Part shown: in pieces, positions 20,381 through 30,059 of the stretch
How the letters are laid out: each line of letters opens with the position of its first letter
Numbering within the stretch: position 1 is the first letter of the stretch
IMG/VR virus record: IMGVR_UViG_3300025121_000014
Location: 64,001-128,000 of that record
Length of the DNA stretch: 64,000 nucleotides
DNA from: a virus
Lineage: Duplodnaviria; Caudoviricetes
Strand: one strand, 5' to 3'
The notes under the pieces: generated by a model
The model's database searches: none
Told to the model about the DNA's origin: nothing
What the model saw: the letters and a program-made list of their open reading frames with translations, nothing else
Position numbers and translations under genes: made by a program

Positions 20381-22909
20381 ATGTCATTTGTAAAGCAAAT
20401 TTATCCACGTATAAGTAATGTTTCTGTCAACAATCAAAGTGTAGAATATTTAGACTTAAGTGGTTTAACCGAACCATCAAATCCATCAATAGGTGGTAGA
20501 ATATATGTAGGTATTGATAGACATTTATATTATTCTAGTGGTACTTCTTTTGTTCAACTTGATTCATCTACTGTTAATTGGTCTGATTCATTAACATCAA
20601 ATCTTATCCCAGATACTGATGATGCATACGATTTAGGTAATGGAACTTATAGATTTAGAGATATTTATTTTAGTGATAATATTAAAATAGGAAATGATAG
20701 ATTTTTAACATACGGTGTAACAAACACAAATATTTTTTTAGGATTAAATTCAGGTAATTTAACAGGAACTGGTGGAAATAATGTTATTTTAGGTAATGTT
20801 GCAGGAGTTGCTTTAACTGATGGTACAAATAATGTATTATTAGGTTATCAAACAGGTGATGCTATTCGAGATGGTATAGGAAATATTTTTATTGGTGGTC
20901 AATCTGGTTCTGCTGTTGTAAGTGGAAATTATAGTGTAGGTATTGGATATCAAACATTACTTCTAAATAAAAGTACATCAATTATTGCTATTGGTGAATC
21001 AGCAGCTAGAGATACTATTGCAAGTGCTTATGGTATATTTATTGGATATCAAGCTGGATTAGGTAATGGTACAACTACAAATGGTCAATTTAATATTTCT
21101 ATTGGTGCTGAATCAGGTAAATTAGCAACATCTGCACATAATAATATTAATTTTGGTTATAAAACTGGTTATTCTAATTTAACAGGTTCATATAATATTA
21201 ATATTGGGCAACATGCAGGTTATAATGAAACTGGTAGTAATAAATTATATATTCATTCACAATCAACTACAACAGCAACAAGTTTAACTAGTTTAGTTTA
21301 TGGTGAATTTGATAATCATTTTTTGAGATTTAATGCTTCTATTGTTATATCTGGAATGACTGCACCTAGTCCACAAACTGGATTATTATATGTAGATACA
21401 GATAAACATTTATATTATTCTTCTGGTGATACATTTTTTCAACTTGATACAGGTGGTGATTTTTTATCTATAAATAGTAATATAATACCGAGTATAAATA
21501 ATACATATAATATAGGATCATCTAATTATGCTTGGAAAGACTTATATTTAACAGGAACTACATACACTAATACTATTATGGAATTTAACACAGATTTTGG
21601 TGTTACAATAGATTATGTATTATTAAAAGATAGTGGAATTACATTAGGTACAGGACCTGCTGTAAATACAATACAAACAACTATATCAGATTCAGATACA
21701 TCTATACCAACATCAGGCGCTGTAATTGATGCTATATCACAATCTACATTAGGATGGATTAATGCTTCTGGAACTCCATTAGTTAATCAAATTGCAATGT
21801 TTATTGATACCAATACGATAGAAGGTCAAAGTGGATTGACATGGAATGGTTCTACATTTATTGTCACTGGAACAACAAATACTGATACATTAGTTGCAAA
21901 TAATTATTTATCTATAACTAATACGGAAGGTTATTTACAATTTGCCGGAAATACCGTTAGAATTGGATATGGTATATCAACTAATACTGGTACAACTAAT
22001 TCTATTTTAATAGGTTATAATACTGGTGTTATTTTAAACGAAGGTGATAATAATATAGCTATTGGTACAAATACATTAAGTCAATGTGATAATTATTCAA
22101 ATAATGTTGTAATTGGTTATGGTGCAGGTACTTATGCTAATGCATCTAATAATACTTTTATTGGTTATCGTTCAGGATTAGGTGTAGATTCGTTAACAAC
22201 TGGTGATAATAATACAGCAGTCGGTTATGATACATTATACACATTAACAACAGGAACACAGAACACAATATTTGGTGGTTATGCTGCTACTATATTAGAA
22301 GACGGTTCATATAATACTATAATAGGTTATCAATCAGGATTTTTTAATACAGGTGGAACATATAATGTAATGTTAGGTTTTCAATCTGGTTATAATAATG
22401 AAGGTAATTTAAATGTATTTATTGGTAATCAAGCAGGATATAATGAAGTTTATAATAATAAATTATATATTTCTAATTCAAATGCTGATTCAACAGGTGC
22501 TTTAATTTATGGAGAATTTGATACACCACTATTAAGAATAAATGCACCATTAATAGTACCTACAATTAGTGGAAATGTTGGATTTAGTGATGTGGTAACA
22601 TTCAGTGGTCAAACTACTTATGTGTTAGATACTTTAAATGATACAGGTATTAATACAAATTGTAATAATGGTAATATTCATACAGTTACTTTAACAGGAA
22701 ATAGTATATTAAATTTACCAACAAATTCATTAGTTGGTTCAGTTCATCAATGGATTATTACGCAAGATGCTGGTGGAACAAATACATTAAATTTAACAGC
22801 ATTTACAATTATCGGAACAACAAAAACAATATCTACTGTATCAAATGCTATAAGTTTATTAATTGCAGTTTATAATGGTAGTAATTGGATAATGACAATA
22901 TCCACATAA
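20381..22909 (+). CDS. Fibre protein with two beta-roll blocks and C-terminal module X (842 aa)
   Basis: Two N..IGY repeat blocks each closed by NKLYI...L(V/I)YGEFD; C-terminus ...CNNGNIHTVTLTGN...IITQDAGGTNTL. Confidence 0.7.
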   Translation: MSFVKQIYPRISNVSVNNQSVEYLDLSGLTEPSNPSIGGRIYVGIDRHLYYSSGTSFVQLDSSTVNWSDSLTSNLIPDTDDAYDLGNGTYRFRDIYFSDNIKIGNDRFLTYGVTNTNIFLGLNSGNLTGTGGNNVILGNVAGVALTDGTNNVLLGYQTGDAIRDGIGNIFIGGQSGSAVVSGNYSVGIGYQTLLLNKSTSIIAIGESAARDTIASAYGIFIGYQAGLGNGTTTNGQFNISIGAESGKLATSAHNNINFGYKTGYSNLTGSYNINIGQHAGYNETGSNKLYIHSQSTTTATSLTSLVYGEFDNHFLRFNASIVISGMTAPSPQTGLLYVDTDKHLYYSSGDTFFQLDTGGDFLSINSNIIPSINNTYNIGSSNYAWKDLYLTGTTYTNTIMEFNTDFGVTIDYVLLKDSGITLGTGPAVNTIQTTISDSDTSIPTSGAVIDAISQSTLGWINASGTPLVNQIAMFIDTNTIEGQSGLTWNGSTFIVTGTTNTDTLVANNYLSITNTEGYLQFAGNTVRIGYGISTNTGTTNSILIGYNTGVILNEGDNNIAIGTNTLSQCDNYSNNVVIGYGAGTYANASNNTFIGYRSGLGVDSLTTGDNNTAVGYDTLYTLTTGTQNTIFGGYAATILEDGSYNTIIGYQSGFFNTGGTYNVMLGFQSGYNNEGNLNVFIGNQAGYNEVYNNKLYISNSNADSTGALIYGEFDTPLLRINAPLIVPTISGNVGFSDVVTFSGQTTYVLDTLNDTGINTNCNNGNIHTVTLTGNSILNLPTNSLVGSVHQWIITQDAGGTNTLNLTAFTIIGTTKTISTVSNAISLLIAVYNGSNWIMTIST

Positions 22910-22929
22910 TAAAAATAAAAATAATATCA

Positions 22930-25900
22930 ATGGCTAAAATAGACCAATTTGTAAATGGCGAGGGTGGTTTAAGTGTAAGAACTAAAATTAATGAAGCTAT
23001 AAAATCAGTAGAAGTTGATTCAACTTTAAGTGGAGATGGAAATATTGCTAGTTCATTAGGTGTTGTTTGGAGTGGTGTTAATTCTGATTTTTTACCTACA
23101 TCTGATTCTACTTATGTAATTGGTTCTGGTAATACTGCTTTTAAAGATATTTATATTAAAGGTCGTTTAAATATTAATAATGAAACAAATTATAATACTG
23201 ATTACGGAATTTGGTTTAATGATATTACAGGATTTTATATGGCTGCTGATGATATAATTTATTTATCATTATCTGGTGGTACAAAAACAGTAAGAATTAA
23301 TCAATATGGTATAGGTTATAATGTTACACCAACTGCTACTTATAATAATTATTTTCTAGGTACATTAAGAGCAACTACGAATATATCAGCAGGTGGCACT
23401 ATTACATCATTCGGCACTATTTATGCAAATGCAGAAATAGCAATAGGTGGTACAATAGGTGAAGGTAATTTTATTTGCCAATCTAGTACCGATAAAATAT
23501 CTATTTTAACAGGTGGTTTAGATACATTATCAACTGAAAATATATCCGGAACGGGTTTTACTTATATTAATAGTGTTTTAGAATTATCTGGAACAACTGA
23601 ACCAACACCAGGTGCTGGTAGATTATATTCTAATATAGACGGGCATTTATATTATTCATCTGGTGATACTTTTATACAAATTGATAATCCTGCTGTTTCT
23701 GTTAGTTGGGATGCTGTAGATGGAAATTTAATACCAACTTCTGGTAATACAATAGATATTGGTTCTGGTGATACTGCTTTTAAAGATTTATATTTAGAAG
23801 GAATAGCATATGTCAATAATATTACGGAATTTAATATAGGTTCTGGTATTACATTCGGTGGTAATTTATATAGTGATAAAATTATAATAGATCAAAATCA
23901 AAATTATGGTATAAATACTGGATTATGGTTTGGTGATGGTAATACTGGAATTTATGAAAGTGAAAATGATACATTAATCTTTACTACTAATACATTTCAA
24001 AGATTATCTATTAATAATTCTGAAATAGTAGCTAGTGTAAATTTTTATGCTGATGCTTCAAATCAATTAAATTTAGGCACAACAACAAGAAATTGGTTAA
24101 ACTTATATTTAGGGGGTTCTATATATAATGAAACCACTGAAATTATTAATATAAGTGGATCTTCAAATGTAGATTTTAAAATTCCAATTAGAGTAAATAC
24201 AATTAATGAATTAGATATTAATTCTGGTGTTACAATAGAGGGAGTTGAATTAAAAGATGGTGATTTAACATCTACTAAATCAGGTGGTGGATTAATTCAA
24301 TCAGTTGATAGTGATACTGGACATGTAGTTAGTTTTAAAGCACAAGGTGTTAATGAATATGTTAGAGCTGCTTTTCTTTTAGGTGATGAAGATAATAATA
24401 TTACTAATGGTGCTTTATGGGTTGCACCTGCTGGTACTACACAAGAACCAATATCATTAGAAGCATTGACAAATACTGATACCGTTGGGAATAATTCTAC
24501 AAAAAGAATTGGATTAAATATTACTACTACAAAAGGAGTTTTATATACAGGTAGGGCAGAAGGTAATGATGGTGATATACCATTAATATTTACTACACAA
24601 GGGGCAGTAGGAAGTTCTGCTATTTCAATTGATGGAGATACTAATCAATATGTAAATGTGCATACTAGATTAAAAACAGATTACATTTACGAATATACTG
24701 CTTCACAAGGAATTATTATTGGAAATGATGTATCAATATTACAAAATTTAACAATAGCTGGAAATATATCAGTAACTGGAACATATTTTACAAGTAGTGC
24801 AGAAACCTTTTTAGTAACAGACAATTTAGCTGTAATTAATTATGGTGAAACTAGTGCTGGTGTTACATTAGGTTTTGCAGGATGGGAAGTAGATAGAGGA
24901 ACATTAACACCTTATAGATGGGGATTTAGTGAATCTTCTGATACATTTGAATTAGGTGAATATTATATACAATTAACAACAGGTACAATAACAGGAGGCC
25001 CGTTTACTATTCAAGAAGAAATTTTACAAGAAAATACAGGGGCAAGAGGATACATTTATTCTTCTGATCAATCTACATTTGTAAAGATAAAAGGAACTTT
25101 TGGAACTTTTGATACTTCTAATGTTATATCTGGTTTAACATCTAATGCAACTTTTACACCAACGTTAGTTACTATTAATGATAGTCTTCAAGCTGTTGCT
25201 ACAAGACAAGATACACCTACTGATACTGGTGTAGCTTTTTGGAATTCGACCACTACTAGTTTTGAAACACATTCTGGACTTAAATATGTTTATGAAACAG
25301 GCATTTTAAATGTAAATATAATTAATGAATCTACGGATACATTAGGTGTTACAATAGAAGGAGTTGAATTAAAAGATGGTGGAATTAAATTAGTATCAGG
25401 TTCTACTATTAATACAATAGAAACAATATTAACAAACGATAATACACATATACCTACATCTAGTGCTGTTGTCGATGCAATTGCACAAACTTCACAAGGA
25501 TGGGTTAATACAACAGGAACACCTATAAATAATCAATTAGCTATATTTACAGATGATAATACAATTGAAGGTGTTACTGGATTAACATTTGATGGAACTA
25601 ATTTAGGTGTAGGAGTAGATTTTTCTACTAATAAAGGATTATATTTAATAAAAAACAATACAACTGGTTCTGAAATATATAGTTATGGAGCAGATATTAG
25701 ATCAACACATACTAATGAAGATACAGATTTAAATTGGTTAATTGGAATATATGCATCTGCTGAAATATCTGGTGTATCTAATGTAACAAATCTTGGTGCA
25801 ACCGTTGGTGGATATTTTTATGCTAAAAACTTAGGAACAGGATATTCAGATGAATTAATAGGTATATATGCTAAAGTTGATAATAATAGTAATAATGCAT

Positions 25901-28900
25901 CTAATAATAATCTTAGAGGTCATGAAGTTGCCGTATATAATTCAGGTGTTGTAAATAGAATTGTTGGTGCTCAATATTGGATAGAACAAGACGGTTTGTC
26001 AGCAACAGCAGATTATATTTCAGGTGTTCAAGTAAGTTTTAATGCTAATAAAGGATCAGTAACAAATCTTTATGGCATTGAACTTGGATTAGAACATAAT
26101 TGGACAAATAATGGTGGTACAGTTGATAATTCATATGCTATTTATATTGATGAATCTACTAATATAGGTAATATTTTAAGTTATGCTATATATTCAGCTA
26201 GTACAGGAACTTCTTATTTTGCTGGTAGTATTACAGGTTCTACTTTTGTAAAAACTGGTGGATTGTCTACTGAATTTTTAAAAGCAGATGGTAGTGTAGA
26301 TACAAATACTTATTTATTAAATGAAACTGATACATTTACAGGTACTCTAACTGTTGAAGGAATTGTTTCTATTAATCCAAGTGTAACTCCATCATCTGCC
26401 TTGCACGTTCAACCATCTACCGCATCAACTGATTTGGCTAGATTTTTTAATAGTGATTATACGACTGGTGTTGGTTCTGGTTTAAGAATTTATTCAGGTG
26501 CAATATCTGGTGATACATATATGAATATTCAAGTTTATGATGCTGGAGCTACTTCTACAAATAATTTAATTTTACAAGGTATTGGAGGATATGTAGGTAT
26601 AGGAACAACTGCACCAGAAAGAGCTTTACACGTACTTAATAATTCTTTTAATTTACAAGCTATATTTGAAAGAACATCAGCTAATTCTGATGGTGCAGTT
26701 GCTTTTAGAAATGATGCAACAAGTTGGACTATAGGAGTAGATGGTTCTGATAGTGATAAATTTAAAATCAGTAATAATTTTGGATTAGGAACAAATGATT
26801 TCTTAACTATTGATACAACTGGATATGTTAATATTAGAGGACTTACAGCACTATCTCCATCTAGTACATTATTTGTAGGTGGAACTGGTGTCGTAGTTCC
26901 TACTGTATCAGGAAGTAATTCTCAGTTTTTAATCACAGGAAATAATAATGCGATAGAATTTGGAACACCTGACATCATTAATGCTGGTTATGCGTGGATT
27001 TTGGCAAGACATAGACAAGTTGCAGCATCAGGTGGGTATTATTCAACTCTCCATTTACAACCAGTTGTTACAGGAACAATAACTGATTATGAAGGTGTTG
27101 CTATTGGTTATGACCCTACGACTAAATTAGCAAGTACAGTAGGATTGGCTGTTGCGTATAGGTTAGGTGTAGGAATGACTGCTCCTAATAATATGGTTGA
27201 TATTACAGATACTAATTTTGTTGCAGCCACACAAAATGCAGGATTAAGTTTAAGAGGTGGTAGTAGTGGTTCTGGATTATTTAGTTCTGCCATTGGATTT
27301 AGGATGTCTAATACTTCTGGACAAAGAGCAAGTATAGCAGGAGTTCAAGGAACTTCTGATGATGATCAAATGGGTTTAGCATTTTTTATTCACCCAAGTT
27401 CAACAGGCACAGATGCACAAGTTGAGGCAATGAGAATTAGTTATGATGGTAAAGTCGGAATAGGAACTACAGATGCTACGTCACCTTTGCATATATATCA
27501 AGATGATACAGCCACTACTGCTGGTGCAGGTTTAACTATTGAACAAGACGGAACAGGAGATGTAGTAATTCAATTTTTATTAACAGGACTTAAAAGATGG
27601 GTAGTAGGGGTGGATAATTCTGATGGTGATAAGTTTAAGATTGCCAGTAGTATTGATTTGGATACAGATGATCGTTTAGTAATTGATACAGATGGTAAAG
27701 TTGGAACAGGAACTTCTACACCATTTGCTAAAAATCACATAGTTGGTTCAAATGAAACATTCAGACTAAGTTCAGATAATGCAAATGAAGCTATAAATTT
27801 TAGATTTACAGAAGCTAAGGTAAATGATAATTACCAAGGGGCGTTTATAAATTATGATGGTGTTAATAATATATTAAATATTGGAGTACATCAAAGTTCT
27901 GATGCTTTAGTTGCAAATGATGTTAATGCTATAAGTATAGATAGAACAACAGGTAGAGTAGGAATATTAACCACAGGTGCTACAACTGCTTTAGATGTTA
28001 ATGGAGTAATTACAGCCACAGACGGAACATCTACTCAATGGAATACAGCATATACAAACAGATGGGAAAAAAATGGAACAGATTTATATTACACAGAAGG
28101 TAGTGTAGGAATAGGAATATCCGGTTCAACTTATCCTAAAGGATTAGATCTTTATATTAATGATAATTCTTCACATTCATATGGTGCATATTTTCATAAT
28201 TTTTCTACTGGTTCTAATAATTATTATAGATATGGGTTATATAGTAAAGCAGAATATTCTGGAACTACTACACAAACAGTAAATTATGGTGCATCTAATT
28301 ATTCAATTAATAGAAATAGTGCTAGGATAGAATTTGGATTAGGAACAGATTCTAGAGTTTATAGATATGATAACGGAACAGCTAATAATTTATATGGAAC
28401 ATCATCTACAATTTATGCTTATGGGACAGGTACAATAGATGACGCGTTTGGTTATTTTACAGATGTACAAACAATATCAACATCATCTAGTAATATTACA
28501 AGAGCAAGAGGATTATATATTAAAATAACTAATGCAAGTACAACAAATACTATATCAGAAGCAACGGGTATATCTGTAGGTGCAGCAGAAGCAGGATCAA
28601 AATGGACAAATAGTGGAACAGTCACATTATCACAAGGTATTTATATTGATAATTCAATTGATATTGGTATTACTAAATATGCAATTAATTCTCAAAGTTC
28701 AGGTACAAGTTTTTTTGCAGGTAATATGAATTTTGGTGGTCAAACTTATTTTAATTTGGATACATTAACAGATGCTGCTTCAATTACAACTGATTGTAAT
28801 AAAGGTAATTACCATACTGTTACTTTAACAGATAATAGGATATTAGCAGCACCGAGTAATCCACAAATAGGAACACATATATGGAAAATAGTTCAAGATG

Positions 28901-29040
28901 CAGGTGGAACAAATACATTAGATTTAAGTGCATTTACTATTTTAGGTTCAACTACTGCAATAAATTTAACTGGTAGTTCTGTATCTATTCTTACTGGTTT
29001 ATATGATGGTTCTATTTGGTATATGACAATTTTAACATAA
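22930..29040 (+). CDS. Long tail-fibre-like protein (2036 aa) with C-terminal module X
   Basis: ATG 22930 preferred over track start 22885 because it matches the 18611 N-terminus and avoids overlap. Repeated G.VGIGTT.P fibre joints; C-terminus ...CNKGNYHTVTLTDN...IVQDAGGTNTL. Confidence 0.75.
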   Translation: MAKIDQFVNGEGGLSVRTKINEAIKSVEVDSTLSGDGNIASSLGVVWSGVNSDFLPTSDSTYVIGSGNTAFKDIYIKGRLNINNETNYNTDYGIWFNDITGFYMAADDIIYLSLSGGTKTVRINQYGIGYNVTPTATYNNYFLGTLRATTNISAGGTITSFGTIYANAEIAIGGTIGEGNFICQSSTDKISILTGGLDTLSTENISGTGFTYINSVLELSGTTEPTPGAGRLYSNIDGHLYYSSGDTFIQIDNPAVSVSWDAVDGNLIPTSGNTIDIGSGDTAFKDLYLEGIAYVNNITEFNIGSGITFGGNLYSDKIIIDQNQNYGINTGLWFGDGNTGIYESENDTLIFTTNTFQRLSINNSEIVASVNFYADASNQLNLGTTTRNWLNLYLGGSIYNETTEIINISGSSNVDFKIPIRVNTINELDINSGVTIEGVELKDGDLTSTKSGGGLIQSVDSDTGHVVSFKAQGVNEYVRAAFLLGDEDNNITNGALWVAPAGTTQEPISLEALTNTDTVGNNSTKRIGLNITTTKGVLYTGRAEGNDGDIPLIFTTQGAVGSSAISIDGDTNQYVNVHTRLKTDYIYEYTASQGIIIGNDVSILQNLTIAGNISVTGTYFTSSAETFLVTDNLAVINYGETSAGVTLGFAGWEVDRGTLTPYRWGFSESSDTFELGEYYIQLTTGTITGGPFTIQEEILQENTGARGYIYSSDQSTFVKIKGTFGTFDTSNVISGLTSNATFTPTLVTINDSLQAVATRQDTPTDTGVAFWNSTTTSFETHSGLKYVYETGILNVNIINESTDTLGVTIEGVELKDGGIKLVSGSTINTIETILTNDNTHIPTSSAVVDAIAQTSQGWVNTTGTPINNQLAIFTDDNTIEGVTGLTFDGTNLGVGVDFSTNKGLYLIKNNTTGSEIYSYGADIRSTHTNEDTDLNWLIGIYASAEISGVSNVTNLGATVGGYFYAKNLGTGYSDELIGIYAKVDNNSNNASNNNLRGHEVAVYNSGVVNRIVGAQYWIEQDGLSATADYISGVQVSFNANKGSVTNLYGIELGLEHNWTNNGGTVDNSYAIYIDESTNIGNILSYAIYSASTGTSYFAGSITGSTFVKTGGLSTEFLKADGSVDTNTYLLNETDTFTGTLTVEGIVSINPSVTPSSALHVQPSTASTDLARFFNSDYTTGVGSGLRIYSGAISGDTYMNIQVYDAGATSTNNLILQGIGGYVGIGTTAPERALHVLNNSFNLQAIFERTSANSDGAVAFRNDATSWTIGVDGSDSDKFKISNNFGLGTNDFLTIDTTGYVNIRGLTALSPSSTLFVGGTGVVVPTVSGSNSQFLITGNNNAIEFGTPDIINAGYAWILARHRQVAASGGYYSTLHLQPVVTGTITDYEGVAIGYDPTTKLASTVGLAVAYRLGVGMTAPNNMVDITDTNFVAATQNAGLSLRGGSSGSGLFSSAIGFRMSNTSGQRASIAGVQGTSDDDQMGLAFFIHPSSTGTDAQVEAMRISYDGKVGIGTTDATSPLHIYQDDTATTAGAGLTIEQDGTGDVVIQFLLTGLKRWVVGVDNSDGDKFKIASSIDLDTDDRLVIDTDGKVGTGTSTPFAKNHIVGSNETFRLSSDNANEAINFRFTEAKVNDNYQGAFINYDGVNNILNIGVHQSSDALVANDVNAISIDRTTGRVGILTTGATTALDVNGVITATDGTSTQWNTAYTNRWEKNGTDLYYTEGSVGIGISGSTYPKGLDLYINDNSSHSYGAYFHNFSTGSNNYYRYGLYSKAEYSGTTTQTVNYGASNYSINRNSARIEFGLGTDSRVYRYDNGTANNLYGTSSTIYAYGTGTIDDAFGYFTDVQTISTSSSNITRARGLYIKITNASTTNTISEATGISVGAAEAGSKWTNSGTVTLSQGIYIDNSIDIGITKYAINSQSSGTSFFAGNMNFGGQTYFNLDTLTDAASITTDCNKGNYHTVTLTDNRILAAPSNPQIGTHIWKIVQDAGGTNTLDLSAFTILGSTTAINLTGSSVSILTGLYDGSIWYMTILT

Positions 29041-29055
29041 AAAAAATTAAAAAAT

Positions 29056-30012
29056 ATGATACCTGCTCCAATAAGTAATTTTCAGAATTTTAACTAGTAT
29101 AGATTAGCAGCATCAATAGACGACGGAGATGAATATAATGGTCTTTATTATGATGGAACTTATATTTATATAGCAAGATCAGTAACTGGTTTATCAGTTT
29201 ATAGTTTTAATGGGACTGGTTTAACTTTATTAGATACAGATGATGATAGTGCAGGTGTTGATTTTAACGGGGTTACTGGATATGGTAGTTATATTTTTGT
29301 TACAAGTTCAAATTTTCCTAATGCTGCAAAATATAATGGGTTATATGCTTATTCTTTTAACGGAACTACATTAACAAAAATAACAGAAATAACACAAAGT
29401 CAAGGTGGTGATGATACTTATGGTGATGTAAATACTGATGGTACTTATATATATGTTAGTAGATTATATAAAGGTTTTGATGCATACTCTTTTAATGGTT
29501 CAACATTTACATATAAAGATAACAATCAAACCTATTTATCTTTAAACGGAGATGTTTTATGTAGTGGTGGTTATATTTATGTTACAGGAACTAATGGGAT
29601 ATCAGCATTTTCTTTTAATGGAACTACAATTTCAGGAATAACAACAATAGAAAATTATACATTAGCAGATAGATATGTAACATCTTATAGTGATGGAACT
29701 TATATTTATGTTGGTGGATATCTTGATGGATTATTTGTATATACATTTGATGGAACTGGTTTTACATATATTACTGAAAATAAACAAGGATCAAGTGTTA
29801 GTTATAGTGGTGTATATGATGATGGAACTTATATTTATGTCGGTGATTCTATAGGCACTGATACAATTAAAAGATATAGTTTTAATGGAACGACTTTAAC
29901 TTATGTAGATGCTTTAACAAATCCAGGTGGAACTTATTCGTTTTTAATATATGATAATTATATATATGTTAGTGCAAGTTTTACAGGACTTAAAGTATGG
30001 AAAATATTTTAA
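29056..30012 (+). pseudogene. LVIVD-like beta-propeller gene (318 codons) interrupted by in-frame TAG at codon 14; absent from ORF track
   Basis: Translated by hand: MIPAPISNFQNFN*YRLAASIDDG...; TAG at 29095-29097, then open to TAA 30010-30012. About 7 blades of DGTYIYV.....GL.VYSFNGT. No in-frame ATG, GTG or TTG after the TAG. Confidence 0.85.
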
Positions 30013-30045
30013 AAAATAATTAAATATCTCTTGAATAATTAATTT

Positions 30046-30055
30046 TTATATATAC
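30046..30055 (+). promoter_or_regulatory. Candidate late promoter motif (near-leaderless)
   Basis: TTATATATAC, 4 nt before ATG 30060. Confidence 0.45.
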
Positions 30056-30059
30056 ATCT

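Noticed and set aside
22885-22929. Track start for the 2051-aa ORF
   Set aside because: Overlaps the upstream gene and spans the A-rich spacer; ATG 22930 reproduces the MAKIDQF N-terminus of paralog 18611.
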